NCBI RefSeq assembly: GCF_006345805.1
Contig: NC_043005.1
Coordinates: forward strand, 87,420,001-87,484,000
Reading direction: 5' to 3'
DNA from: Octopus sinensis
Lineage: Eukaryota
DNA length: 64,000 nt
Part shown: piece after piece, positions 41,715-53,617 of the stretch
How positions within the stretch are numbered: the first letter of the stretch is position 1
Layout: every line of letters begins with the position of its first letter
Program-made: the position numbers and the translations under genes
Notes under the pieces: model-generated
What the model was told of the DNA's origin: nothing
Seen by the model: the letters and a program-made list of their open reading frames with translations, nothing else
Databases searched by the model: none

Positions 41715-43516
41715 CTAGCATTATGACCCGTCGTTGCCGGGTCATAGTGCTAGTGCATGTATATATGTGTATATATATATGTGTACATATTACATGTACA
41801 TCTATATACTTATACATCTACATATAAAATACAAAATACAAAGTTATATCTTGATATCGCTAGTGATAACAATGTTCAAAATATATAACAGACTGGAATT
41901 GTAGGCCCGTCTCTTGCAATTTCGATCAATTGTATCTTGTCCTCCCTCTTGTATAGAAGCGTGGCTACAATCCAGCCTACCTCTACTTCTGGGGATGGGG
42001 GCGCATTTTAAATTTTTGTCCGGGACATCCTACGTCCCAGATATAGAGGTAAAAATAAAATATTTCCACTTTACAAGGTTCGAGTCGAGTACTCCCTTGC
42101 ACGCTCCATTGACTCGAACCTTGCTTCTATTGTGGCGAATTTACCGCCACTGGTTAGATATCTTTCATAGTCGCACCAAAACACTTTTCGATGGTGCTTT
42201 CCTCCAGATGTTCAAATCTATTTTTTCTCTATACTTTTCTAGTCTTTTCTTTAATTTAATTTTTTATTTCGTTTGGTGGTGTTATCCTAGATTCACCGTC
42301 TTTGTCGGTGATCAATCCGTATTTCTTCCATTTTAATTTCAATGAGTTCGCGCCCGCCGACGGCTGCAGCGAAATTCATTTTTGGACTTTCTTTATCGAA
42401 GGCATTCTAACGAAAATGCTTCCGTGTAAACGGTGAAAATATTGTCAGTTTCCCCAAACAGGGACATAATTCAATTTTTAAACAATAACCAAAGCTTCTT
42501 CTCCCAAAGGGGGAGGGTTACAGTTCACAATTATTTAACAAATGCAACACATCAATGTTTCCTTTACGAGGAACCAACAAACGTGATAACAATAGTTAAA
42601 CAGTAATAGTAACAACAAACCTTACGATGAGTCAGAAAGCAGTAAGCAGTTGAAGTCCTTTATGTATAAGAAATAAACCAACAGGAGCGGCTGTTCGAGG
42701 AAAGATATTACATACAGCCAAACTTCATATAGATACTTAATGCTAACTAATTAGCAGATAATCTAATGTAAAAGCCGTGGTAAAGGGTATTGCACACCTC
42801 CATCTGGACTATTCCATTTCTGCACGCTAATTTTATATTTAATTCATTCCCATTCATGTGAAACCACTTATTCAAGTTCAAGTCATTGATGCAATTTCAT
42901 ACCAATTTCTATTTTTACTTTTGTTATGTTACGATTATATTATACTTTAGTTTGATTTTAATTATTACTACATATGATTCAATTGTTATTATTATTATTG
43001 TTAAAGTGAAAGCATCTGACATAAAATAGAGAAATGTGTTTGTTTCACTTTCAACACGTAATACTGAAATAGTGGAGAAGATATGATATTGCTATGGGCT
43101 CGCTCTAGGCAAGAAGTTGAACATTTTTTTTGCCCGTGAAACTACATGGACCCTAATTAAGGCATGAGTAAAATTTGAATGAAATTGGTTGTGTAGTTCT
43201 CAAGTTTTCGGGAATCGTACTGGAGAAGATATGATATAGCTGTGGGCTCGCCGGACCCTAAGTAAGGCATGTGTAAAATTTGAATAAAATTGGTTGTGCC
43301 GTTCTCGAGTTTTAGGGAAACACACAGACAGACAGACAGACACACACACCACACGTACTGGAGAAGATATGATATAGCTGTGGGCTCGCCGGACCCTAAG
43401 TAAGGCATGTGTAAAATTTGAATAAAATTGGTTGTGCCGTTCTCGAGTTTTAGGGAAACACACAGACAGACAGACAGACACACACACACACGTTCTCAGT
43501 TTTATATATAGAGAGA
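41715..43516 (-). mobile_element. Helitron-like element (~1.8 kb), non-coding, with internal 138-bp tandem repeat
   Basis: Minus-strand 5' TCTCTCTATATATAAAA followed by (GT)/(CTGT) repeats and the CAACCAATTTTATTCAAATTTTACAC motif. The 3' end has a 17-bp imperfect inverted repeat ending in CTAG|T. Two near-identical 138-bp units at 43217-43492. Confidence 0.7.
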
Positions 43517-43945
43517 CAAGGATATCAGTAATTATTACAAAGTAACATACATGCATTTAAACTGAGAAAATAACTTACAGCTGTTTCAGCCAAGAGTTAA
43601 AAATAGCTCATTCTACCATTATTACTCAAGTACACTGAAGTAATAGGTAGTTGAAATTGACGTACTTGGGTATTTCTCTAGGATTCCTCAGAGATTATGA
43701 AGTACATTATGTTAAGTTATAAATAAATATGAATATAAAATAAATAAAAATACACACATATCTAAATACTTATATATATAGAGGAAGTAAACTGTCGTTT
43801 AAATTACGCTAAAATTAAAATAACGCTGACATCCCATTTTACCACATATATTTACCAAACTTATGTTTAAATATCTTGAAATATTAACAGTAAATTTATT
43901 CAGTAAAACCACAGCCTTCAGATGACTTCGGAATCTCCTGCAACT

Positions 43946-44365
43946 TTACTTGGTCTCCTGGTTTAAGTTAGTGAAAGCTGCCATGATCCTTGCCTTCGGA
44001 TCATCTATGGTGTTACAAGCGTTGTTGCGCTCTCGCTCAACTGAGCCCCACACAAAACAATGAAGATGGTTGCAGTCTGGGGATTTAGGAGGCCAAATGT
44101 TAGGGGTAATGTGGTCGCAGAAATTATCTGACAGCCATGACTGGGGTCTCCTGCATGTGTGGTATGGTGCAATATCCTGCAACCAGACACAGGGTGTTCC
44201 AGCAGCCACCCTCTTCACACAAGACAGCACTACCTCCTCCAGACACTTGATGTAGGCCATGATGTTGAGTCTGTGGTCGGGCGTGAAGATGAATGGAGAC
44301 ATAACTTTGCCATCACTAGTGATCACGCCAAACACCATGGTGTTGCCTGGATGTTTGATTTTCAT
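43946..44365 (-). mobile_element. Tc1/mariner superfamily DD37D (maT-like) transposase, defective C-terminal half
   Basis: KHPGNTMVFGVITSDG...LQDIAPYHT...WPPKSPDCNHLHCFVWG. There are 37 residues between the QD aspartate and the third catalytic position, which is H rather than D here. The N-terminal half is absent. Confidence 0.85.
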
Positions 44366-44606
44366 CTCTTTCGGTATGTGTCCCTAGATTGATTCTCAAA
44401 CACTCTGAAATGTTCCTATTGGAGATTCTAGCATGAATGGCAAGCAGTATAGCATGTCGTTTCTAAATTTCCGGCAGGTTATTTCTTACAAGACAGTGCC
44501 CAACTGACCCTACTATATTGTGTAGTCGATAAAACCAATATCAATGCGCATGCGCGAATTAAAAATATAAAAAGCGCCAATATACCCATCACCTTCTCTA
44601 TGTATG

Positions 44607-44666
<60 letters not shown>

Positions 44667-46214
44667 CATAGATATATATTCATATATATATTTTTTTTAT
44701 AAATACACATATATACAGACATATATAAATAAATAAATATATATATATACACATTATATATATGTTATCCTATTATCCGTCCTATATTAGCAATTTTTAA
44801 TCACGTCTAATTACCGACAATCTCAGCTCTATTAAATTAATGATATTAAAAAATAATGAAGGAAAATTTGTGAAGCTGATAATTAAACGAAAATTATTAA
44901 AAGAGTAAAAGCTTTCGTCAACTCACTTAGCATCAACTTTCACTGGTTAATTTTTGATTAAGATTAAATGCTGGCGTCTCATTGTGTCATTAGATAGACG
45001 ACTAGACTAGTGCTAAGAGAATCATTTTTGATTATAATTACTTTCGTTCTATTATTCAAATAAAACTGCCCAACTACTATCGAACTATCACTGATTCCTG
45101 GACAGAAATATCTCTGATGTAATGTCTATAAATATTTATTGATATTCCGTGTTTCCTTAATACCGTTTACTCATTGACGTTAAATATATTGTTACACATC
45201 CTTTCAGACTTGATACTCATACCTGCTGCTCAGTTTTGTTACCGTGCTTATTACTCAGCATTGATTCTATCAATGGGGTAAACAACCACACATCTCTTAC
45301 ATTACATTGGCTGGTCTCAGGTAATGAGTGGTTGAATTGATGAATGAATATATGTTTCTTGAGCTGCGTGAAAAAAGTACCTGAACAACATTTAACAAAA
45401 GTTTTTATTGCTGCACATAGAGTCAAACTATGTTGGCTTTTTTGCAAATTATAATAGCAATAATCACATAGTGAGAAAGAGACGCTGCTTGGAGCTTACG
45501 GCAAGCTTAATGATACAGCAATATGTGGCTTTCCCAGCATAACAAGAAGTAACAGTGCTGCATTCGTGGCAACGGAGATTCCCGCCGTCTACTTGCCATC
45601 AGTCTTCCTGGGTCGTCTGACATTGATAAGAATGAGGCACATTGCGCAGCTGTCTCAAAATTCTGCATTTGCCAGCAAAAGCCGCCTTTTTATAGGGCAC
45701 AACATTGGTTGCTTAATAAACTCATCATGTGAATCAACGATGATTCGATCGTGATACTTCACCTAGCGATGAAGTTTCGAATGAGATAGTGTCAGAGATG
45801 TTTAGTTATTAAATACAGTTTTTTTTAAAGTTTGAGGGAAGACCAAGCATAAAATTCATCGAGGCATCTCCAATATGATCCAACTAACCTCCAAGAAACT
45901 GGAAAAAAAACTTTTTGAAATATCGTTTCAAGATTTTAGATTTTAAAAAAAATGACTTTAAATAAAGACATCCTAGTCCTAGCATCATTATATGTTCTCT
46001 GAACCAATTATTGAGGCACCATGTGTAGGACGCTTATTAATGTTAGTCTGTTTGTTCAAAGATGATTTCGCGCTAAACAGCATCAAATGTTTTGGAAATG
46101 CCATTGTCAGGCAAACGATTTAATATGAAACTTTGTGTTCAAATCTAAGGTGCGGAAGATACATATTAACCATTCAAAAACATCCATAAAAAGTGTGACA
46201 CAGACCCACTGGAT

Positions 46215-46496
46215 AACAGAGTTCTATATTTAAGAGATGGCGAATTATGTACATTATTTACATTATTTACATTTGACGGATACTTGTCCTTATCTTGTTT
46301 GTTGTTAACGTAGTATTTCGGCTGATATACCCTCCAGGCTTCATCAGGTGTCTCGAGAAATTTCGAACCTGGGTCCTCATTCCTAAGGTATTTTTCAATG
46401 TTATTTTTATTACTATTATTCAGGTCTCTGCCTGGAATCGAATTCAGAATCTTAGGGTTAGTAGTCCGTGCTCTTAACCACTACGCCATATACCCG
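46215..46496 (-). mobile_element. tRNA-headed SINE (fourth family) whose tail contains a minimal hammerhead
   Basis: Head at 46421-46492: TGGCGTAGTGG (A box) and GAATTCGATTCC (B box). Tail at 46306-46352: GACAC-CTGATGA-A-GCCTG...CAGCC-GAAA. A second tail copy is at 47255-47383. Confidence 0.7.
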
Positions 46497-47454
46497 TGGG
46501 CAATTATGGAGTGAATTTTAGGGCTTATAAATCAAATATTTTCCTATCCCTCCTTAATACCGGTCGCAGATTGTGTGATGCAAATGTTGACACTGAAAAG
46601 TAAGACATTAAGTGAAGTTAACTGTTGTCGGGTTATTGAATGGCTAAGATGTGCTTTGTACTCTGTAACCACCAGTATGTAACTAAAAGTAATGCTTGGA
46701 TATTATGTGAAATCAATCTTCAACATTCCAAGAAAACGGTATCTACATTCATTGATTTACGTCCATCTATATTGGATATGTTATTCTCTGATTATACAGT
46801 ATTCTTCAACAGATTATTTTCTCCACGGGTATGCAAAAAAATTTGCAGCCATTTTTGTTTCACTGAAACACTGAAAAATACTGGACCTTTCCTTCTCGTA
46901 TACCTACTGATTAGTTTACGCTTAACATAATCTAATTACTTTTCTAAACCAAACGGATAATAGAAAACGTATGTATGATATCTTCAGAAAAAATAGCAGG
47001 ATGGATTATAGATCTGCAGGATTAAAACTAAGCCTGAGCTAAACCACGAGAAAAACAAGAATTTTAATACAAGACACATTTCTTATATATTACAGTGTAT
47101 TGTCTTAAATTAATTCTCATTTGTCTCAATCTTAAAATAGCTCTGGAATTTTGAAATATCCAGGCCTCAAACCTGTTTTCATATGTTTTCATATCTTCTA
47201 AAAGCTGGAGCTCTCAAGCGCATAAATACAGGTGTTGAAGAAATAAACAATTCGGTTATCTATTTAAAAGATGAGGAATTATTTACATTATTTCCATTGT
47301 TTACATTTGACGGATATTTATCTTCATCCTTTTTGATTTTAACACAACGTTTCGGCTGATATATCCTCCAACCTCTTCATCGGGTATATGGTGTAGTGGT
47401 TAAGATGGTTTTTAGTCGCACTGATCGAACTCAGGTTTTATTTATTTTAAAGCC

Positions 47455-47817
47455 TAGTACTTAGAATATCGATCTGTCCCTTTTGACAAACCGCAAAGTT
47501 TTGGGGACGTAAACAAACCAACAATTATTGCCAAACGGTAGAGGGGGATAAACACAGACACAGACACAGATATATGCATATGCATATACACACACACATG
47601 TATATTCGTAGATGAAAACAGAAAGAAGCATGGAACCGCGTCGTACATAGATATACGACTAGATTCCTCCTGTTTCCGCCTGTGAATCCTCTGGCTAGGC
47701 TTTCGTTGGGTCGAGCAGATAGTACAAGGCATTTGCCCAAGGTGCTACGCATTGGGCCTGAGCTCGGAACAATGTAGTTGGAAAGAATCTTCTTACTGCA
47801 CAATCACGACTGCGCCC
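47455..47817 (-). mobile_element. tRNA-derived SINE (third family), degenerate
   Basis: Reverse-complement similarity to 26414-26815. Confidence 0.7.
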
Positions 47818-47873
47818 CCCATAATGCCATACCTGCACCTCCACAAGACATATAAAATATCATTATAAGAAGA

Positions 47874-47929
47874 ATCTTACAGCTGTTTCTGGGATATCTC
47901 TGAGTATGAAATATTCCCTCATCAGAGAC
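47874..47929 (-). ncRNA. Solo type I hammerhead-like motif
   Basis: Minus strand GTCT-CTGATGA-GGGAATAT...ATATCCC-A-GAAA-CAGCTG-TA-AGAT. Intact core, palindromic stem III ACAGCTGT, and one extra A before G12. Confidence 0.7.
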
Positions 47930-48096
47930 AAATAAGGGAAAACATATGAAAAATGAGAATGGTGTATATTAATAAGATGAAAACATAGAGGAAATCTGCA
48001 ATGGCTATAACCCTGGAAACCTAGTAATCCGTTACAGCACTTACCTAGCGTACCTAATCGTTTAGATCACCTGTGAACTACCCCACCCCTATTTTG

Positions 48097-48130
<34 letters not shown>

Positions 48131-48206
48131 TATATATATATATATGCATATGTATGTATATTGTATGTGTGAACATACATATATGCATACATACATTCAT
48201 ACATAT

Positions 48207-48266
<60 letters not shown>

Positions 48267-48352
48267 ATACATATATATATATGTATATTTATTTATATAT
48301 ATACCTATATATACATATATATATGTATATTTATTTATATATATACCTATAT

Positions 48353-48387
<35 letters not shown>

Positions 48388-48392
<5 letters not shown>

Positions 48393-51300
48393 AATTAATA
48401 AGGGTGAGAGAATTAGATACTAATTTAATAGTATATCTATTCAACACCAAGTGGCCTAGTGCTCCGAGAAACCTGGATTATTATAATATTTTATAATATA
48501 TTATAATATTTTTACAAAATAATATAAGAGAGTGGTCACTATATGGCTCACTCTAGCACCAGTTAATCCAAAAGGTTTCAACCACAAAAATACATGTTTC
48601 CCATGAAAGTCAGTACGATTGTTAGCTCACACGGACAGGGCAAATAAAAAATAACAAAAATACAGATTATTTTGGGACAATTGTTTCGCTATTAATGAAT
48701 TAAATGTAATTTTACTTACAAAAAAATCCACTTGTAGCTCGTCAGCCAAAACTATCTGGATGAAATCCACTCAATCACACGCCAGATTTTACCATAACCA
48801 TAAATACGCGTGTGGTTCAATTGATTACATCCGACGTTATAATTCAAATGCCCCAACTAACAGCGCGCCAAACTTTCACGGAAAACAAATACAGCATTTA
48901 GAAATAATGCAGCATAATTATAATTAATTAATAAGGGTGAGAGAATTAGATACTAATTAATAGTATATCTATTCAACACAAGTGGCCTAGTGCTCCGAGA
49001 ACCTGGATTATTATAATATTTTATAATATATTATAATATTTTTACAAAATAAATATAAGAGAGTGGTCACTATATGGCTCACTCTAGCACCAGTTAATCC
49101 AAAAGGTTTCAACCACAAAAATACATGTTTCCCATGAAAGTCAGTACGATTGTTAGCTCACACGGACAGGGCAAATAAAAAATAACAAAAATACAGATTA
49201 TTTTGGGACAATTGTTTCGCTATTAATGATTAAATGTAATTTTACTTACAAAAAAATCCACTTGTAGCTCGTCAGCCAAAACTATCTGGATGAAATCCAC
49301 TCAATCACACGCCAGATTTTACCATAACGATAAATACGCGTGTGGTTCAATTGATTACATCCGACGTTATAATTCAAATGCCCCAACTAACAGCGCGCCA
49401 AACTTTCACGGAAAACAAATACAGCATTTAGAAATAAATGCAGCATAATTATAATTAATTAATAAGGGTGAGAGAATTAGATACTATTTAATAGTATATC
49501 TATTCAACACCAAGTGGCCTAGTGCTCCGAGAAACCTGGATTATTATAATATTTTATAATATATTATAATATTTTTACAAAATAAATATAAGAGAGTGGT
49601 CACTATATGGCTCACTCTAGCACCAGTTAATCCAAAAGGTTTCAACCACAAAAATACATGTTTCCCATGAAAGTCAGTACGATTGTTAGCTCACACGGAC
49701 AGGGCAAATAAAAAATAACAAAAATACAGATTATTTTGGGACAATTGTTTCGCTATTAATGAATTAAATGTAATTTTACTTACAAAAAAATCCACTTGTA
49801 GCTCGTCAGCCAAAACTATCTGGATGAAATCCACTCAATCACACGCCAGATTTTACCATAACGATAAATACGCGTGTGGTTCAATTGATTACATCCGACG
49901 TTATAATTCAAATGCCCCAACTAACAGCGCGCCAAACTTTCACGGAAAACAAATACAGCATTTAGAAATAAATGCAGCATAATTATAATTATTAATAAGG
50001 GTGAGAGAATTAGATACTAATTTAATAGTATATCTATTCAACACCAAGTGGCCTAGTGCTCCGAGAAACCTGGATTATTATAATATTTTTAATATATTAT
50101 AATATTTTTACAAAATAAATATAAGAGAGTGGTCACTATATGGCTCACTCTAGCACCAGTTAATCCAAAAGGTTTCAACCACAAAAATACATGTTTCCCA
50201 TGAAAGTCAGTACGATTGTTAGCTCACACGGACAGGGCAAATAAAAAATAACAAAAATACAGATTATTTTGGGACAATTGTTTCGCTATTAATGAATTAA
50301 ATGTAATTTTACTTACAAAAAAATCCACTTGTAGCTCGTCAGCCAAAACTATCTGGATGAAATCCACTCAATCACACGCCAGATTTTACCATAACGATAA
50401 ATACGCGTGTGGTTCAATTGATTACATCCGACGTTATAATTCAAATGCCCCAACTAACAGCGCGCCAAACTTTCACGGAAAACAAATACAGCATTTAGAA
50501 ATAATGCAGCATAATTATAATTAATTAATAAGGGTGAGAGAATTAGATACTAATTTAATAGTATATCTATTCAACACCAAGTGGCCTAGTGCTCCGAGAA
50601 ACCTGGATTATTATAATATTTTATAATATATTATAATATTTTTACAAAATAAATATAAGAGAGTGGTCACTATATGGCTCACTCTAGCACCAGTTAATCC
50701 AAAAGGTTTCAACCACAAAAATACATGTTTCCCATGAAAGTCAGTACGATTGTTAGCTCACACGGACAGGGCAAATAAAAAATAACAAAAATACAGATTA
50801 TTTTGGGACAATTGTTTCGCTATTAATGAATTAAATGTATTTTACTTACAAAAAAATCCACTTGTAGCTCGTCAGCCAAAACTATCTGGATGAAATCCAC
50901 TCAATCACACGCCAGATTTTACCATAACGATAAATACGCGTGTGGTTCAATTGATTACATCCGACGTTATAATTCAAATGCCCCAACTAACAGCGCGCCA
51001 AACTTTCACGGAAAACAAATACAGCATTTAGAAATAAATGCAGCATAATTATAATTAATTAATAAGGGTGAGAGAATTAGATACTAATTTAATAGTATAT
51101 CTATTCAACACCAAGTGGCCTAGTGCTCCGAGAAACCTGGATTATTATAATATTTTATAATATATTATAATATCTTTACAAAATAAATATAAGAGAGTGG
51201 TCACTATATGGCTCACTCTAGCACCAGTTAATCCAAAAGGTTTCAACCACAAAAATACATGTTTCCCATGAAAGTCAGTACGATTGTTAGCTCACACGGA

Positions 51301-51840
51301 CAGGGCAAATAAAAAATAACAAAAATACAGATTATTTTGGGACAATTGTTTCGCTATTAATGAATTAAATGTAATTTTACTTACAAAAAAATCCACTTGT
51401 AGCTCGTCAGCCAAAACTATCTGGATGAAATCCACTCAATCACACGCCAGATTTTACCATAACCATAAATACGCGTGTGGTTCAATTGATTACATCCGAC
51501 GTTATAATTCAAATGCCCCAACTAACAGCGCGCCAAACTTTCACGGAAAACAAATACAGCATTTAGAAATAAATGCAGCATAATTATAATTAATTAATAA
51601 GGGTGAGAGAATTAGATACTAATTTAATAGTATATCTATTCAACACCAAGTGGCCTAGTGCTCCGAGAAACCTGGATTATTATAATATTTTATAATATAT
51701 TATAATATTTTTACAAAATAAATATAAGAGAGTGGTCACTATATGGCTCACTCTAGCACCAGTTAATCCAAAAGGTTTCAACCACAAAAATACATGTTTC
51801 CCATGAAAGTCAGTACGATTGTTAGCTCACACGGACAGGG
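48388..51840 (-). mobile_element. Hammerhead-bearing tandem array, ~533-bp unit, ~6.5 copies; retrozyme/PLE-like
   Basis: Near-identical head-to-tail units (period 531-534) flanked by (TA)n. No ORF recognised. Confidence 0.9.
48670..48751 (-). ncRNA. Canonical type I hammerhead with palindromic stem III (6 copies)
   Basis: Minus strand: stem I TTTTGG/CCAAAA; core CTGACGA; stem II GCTA...TAGC (G10.1-C11.1); GAAA; stem III ACAATTGT; GTC cleavage between 48676 and 48675. Other copies: 49201-49281, 49734-49815, 50267-50348, 50801-50881, 51335-51416. Confidence 0.93.
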
Positions 51841-51871
<31 letters not shown>

Positions 51872-52452
51872 CATACACACAAGGTATGCATGTAAGATAA
51901 TCCCAGCTGCGGCTGAAGCTCATCTACTTATTCCATTATGACCATCTAAATATGTAGTCTCAGATGCTCTGTATATTAGTTAAAATATAAATCAAAATTA
52001 AGAATTGCAAATATTATTTGTAGTCTTATTGCATAAGAAAACAGGAAGTTGGAAATTTTCTTCAGACGCCTGAACTAAATCGTACCAGTATGAGTGTCTG
52101 AAGAATTTCTCATAGGAACTTCCTTACCTGTCTATCTAACATGCACAATTCTGTAATTCAAATCATCAAATTAAACACGTGTAAATAATACCCCAAAATT
52201 TCCAACTTCCAGTTTGTCATATATATATATATATATATATATAAATTCTTACCCTAGATAATCTTAGAGTCAATGATATCTTCGCAAATTATTATATATT
52301 ATATATTATATATAATATATATCATATATTATATATAAAAGTGCGTGTGTGTGTTCGTGTTTGTGTATGTGTGTGTATATCTATATTTTTATACAAAATC
52401 CCACATAAATGTGCATTGCGTGTCTATCTCTATATATTTATAAATACATGCA

Positions 52453-52532
<80 letters not shown>

Positions 52533-52620
52533 ATATATACATATACATATATACATATATACATATATATATATATAAATATACATAGACATATATATAT
52601 ATATGTATATTTATATTTAT

Positions 52621-52709
52621 ATCTGTAAATGTAATATGTGACAATTATTCTGTAGCCATGATAAAACTCCGAGTTTCGGATGTAATTGTCACATATTACA
52701 TTTACAGAT
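52621..52709. repeat. Perfect 27-bp inverted repeat with 35-bp loop (fold-back)
   Basis: ATCTGTAAATGTAATATGTGACAATTA ... TAATTGTCACATATTACATTTACAGAT. Confidence 0.9.
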
Positions 52710-53617
52710 AAATTCCTCTATTTACATAATATTGAGGTATCTTTCATTCTTTTGTTGTCTTAGCATTTTTATCAATATATAAATATATACAGGTTAGTTG
52801 ACTTAGAGGTTAATATAACCGTCTAAGCATCCATTATCCTACCGGTATATTATCTTTGTTTGACCAAGCGCATAGATATGCAAGCATATTATGCTCATAA
52901 ATTATAGGCAAATAAAGGATAACCATGAGTTTATCAAGAATCAAAATTTAAAGAAAACAGAATCTGGAGAAAAATTGAACAACAATTGAGTTACATCAAT
53001 TATTATTTATTAATTCAATACAAATAGACTGCATCCCATCTAACAGCTGTTTTTGCTTCCAATTGTTGTATGGTATTGCCATTGATATGCTAAAAATATT
53101 TATCATATTTGGTAATAAAACCGATCTGAAGAATGGAGTTTCATCAGAGTAAAGAATAGAGAAAAACAAGAGCTTAGAGAAGATAAGGACAATTTGATTA
53201 TGGTTGTAATCCAACCATTTTGCTTGTGTGTCTCTTTGGGAAGGATTAGATTCTGCACCATAGTTACACATGATACCAATTCTTAGCATACGACCAAATA
53301 GTTAGAATTGTACATAACACCTAGAGGTATGAACCGAAACATATATGTTTTTATTTTTGAGCTTTACAGCTTATAATTTATTTATAATTTTCATTAAAAA
53401 ATTCAACGTCATTATATCATACAAATTATCTGTACATCCATAGTTCTCCATTTTCTTTCATTCTATGGATAAATATATATATATATATATATATATATGG
53501 GTGTGTGTGTGTGTGTGTATGTATGTGTGTGTGTGTGTGTGTGCGTGTGTATGTATGTATGTATGTATGTATGTATGTATGTATGTATGTATGTATGTAT
53601 GTATGTATGCTAGTATA

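Noticed and set aside
41914-42336. 140-aa ORF as a Helitron Rep/helicase or captured gene
   Set aside because: No HUH or helicase motifs on either strand.
43571-43615. Hammerhead relic GAATGAGCTA...TGGCT-GAAA-CAGCTG-TA (also CTAGA-GGT..ACC-GAAA-CATATATG-TT at ~53315-53352)
   Set aside because: The cores and stem I are too degraded to call as ribozymes. They are mentioned only as supporting relics.
48388-51840. CRISPR-like or simple satellite interpretation of the arrays
   Set aside because: There are no unique spacers and the context is eukaryotic. Whole units are repeated and carry ribozymes.
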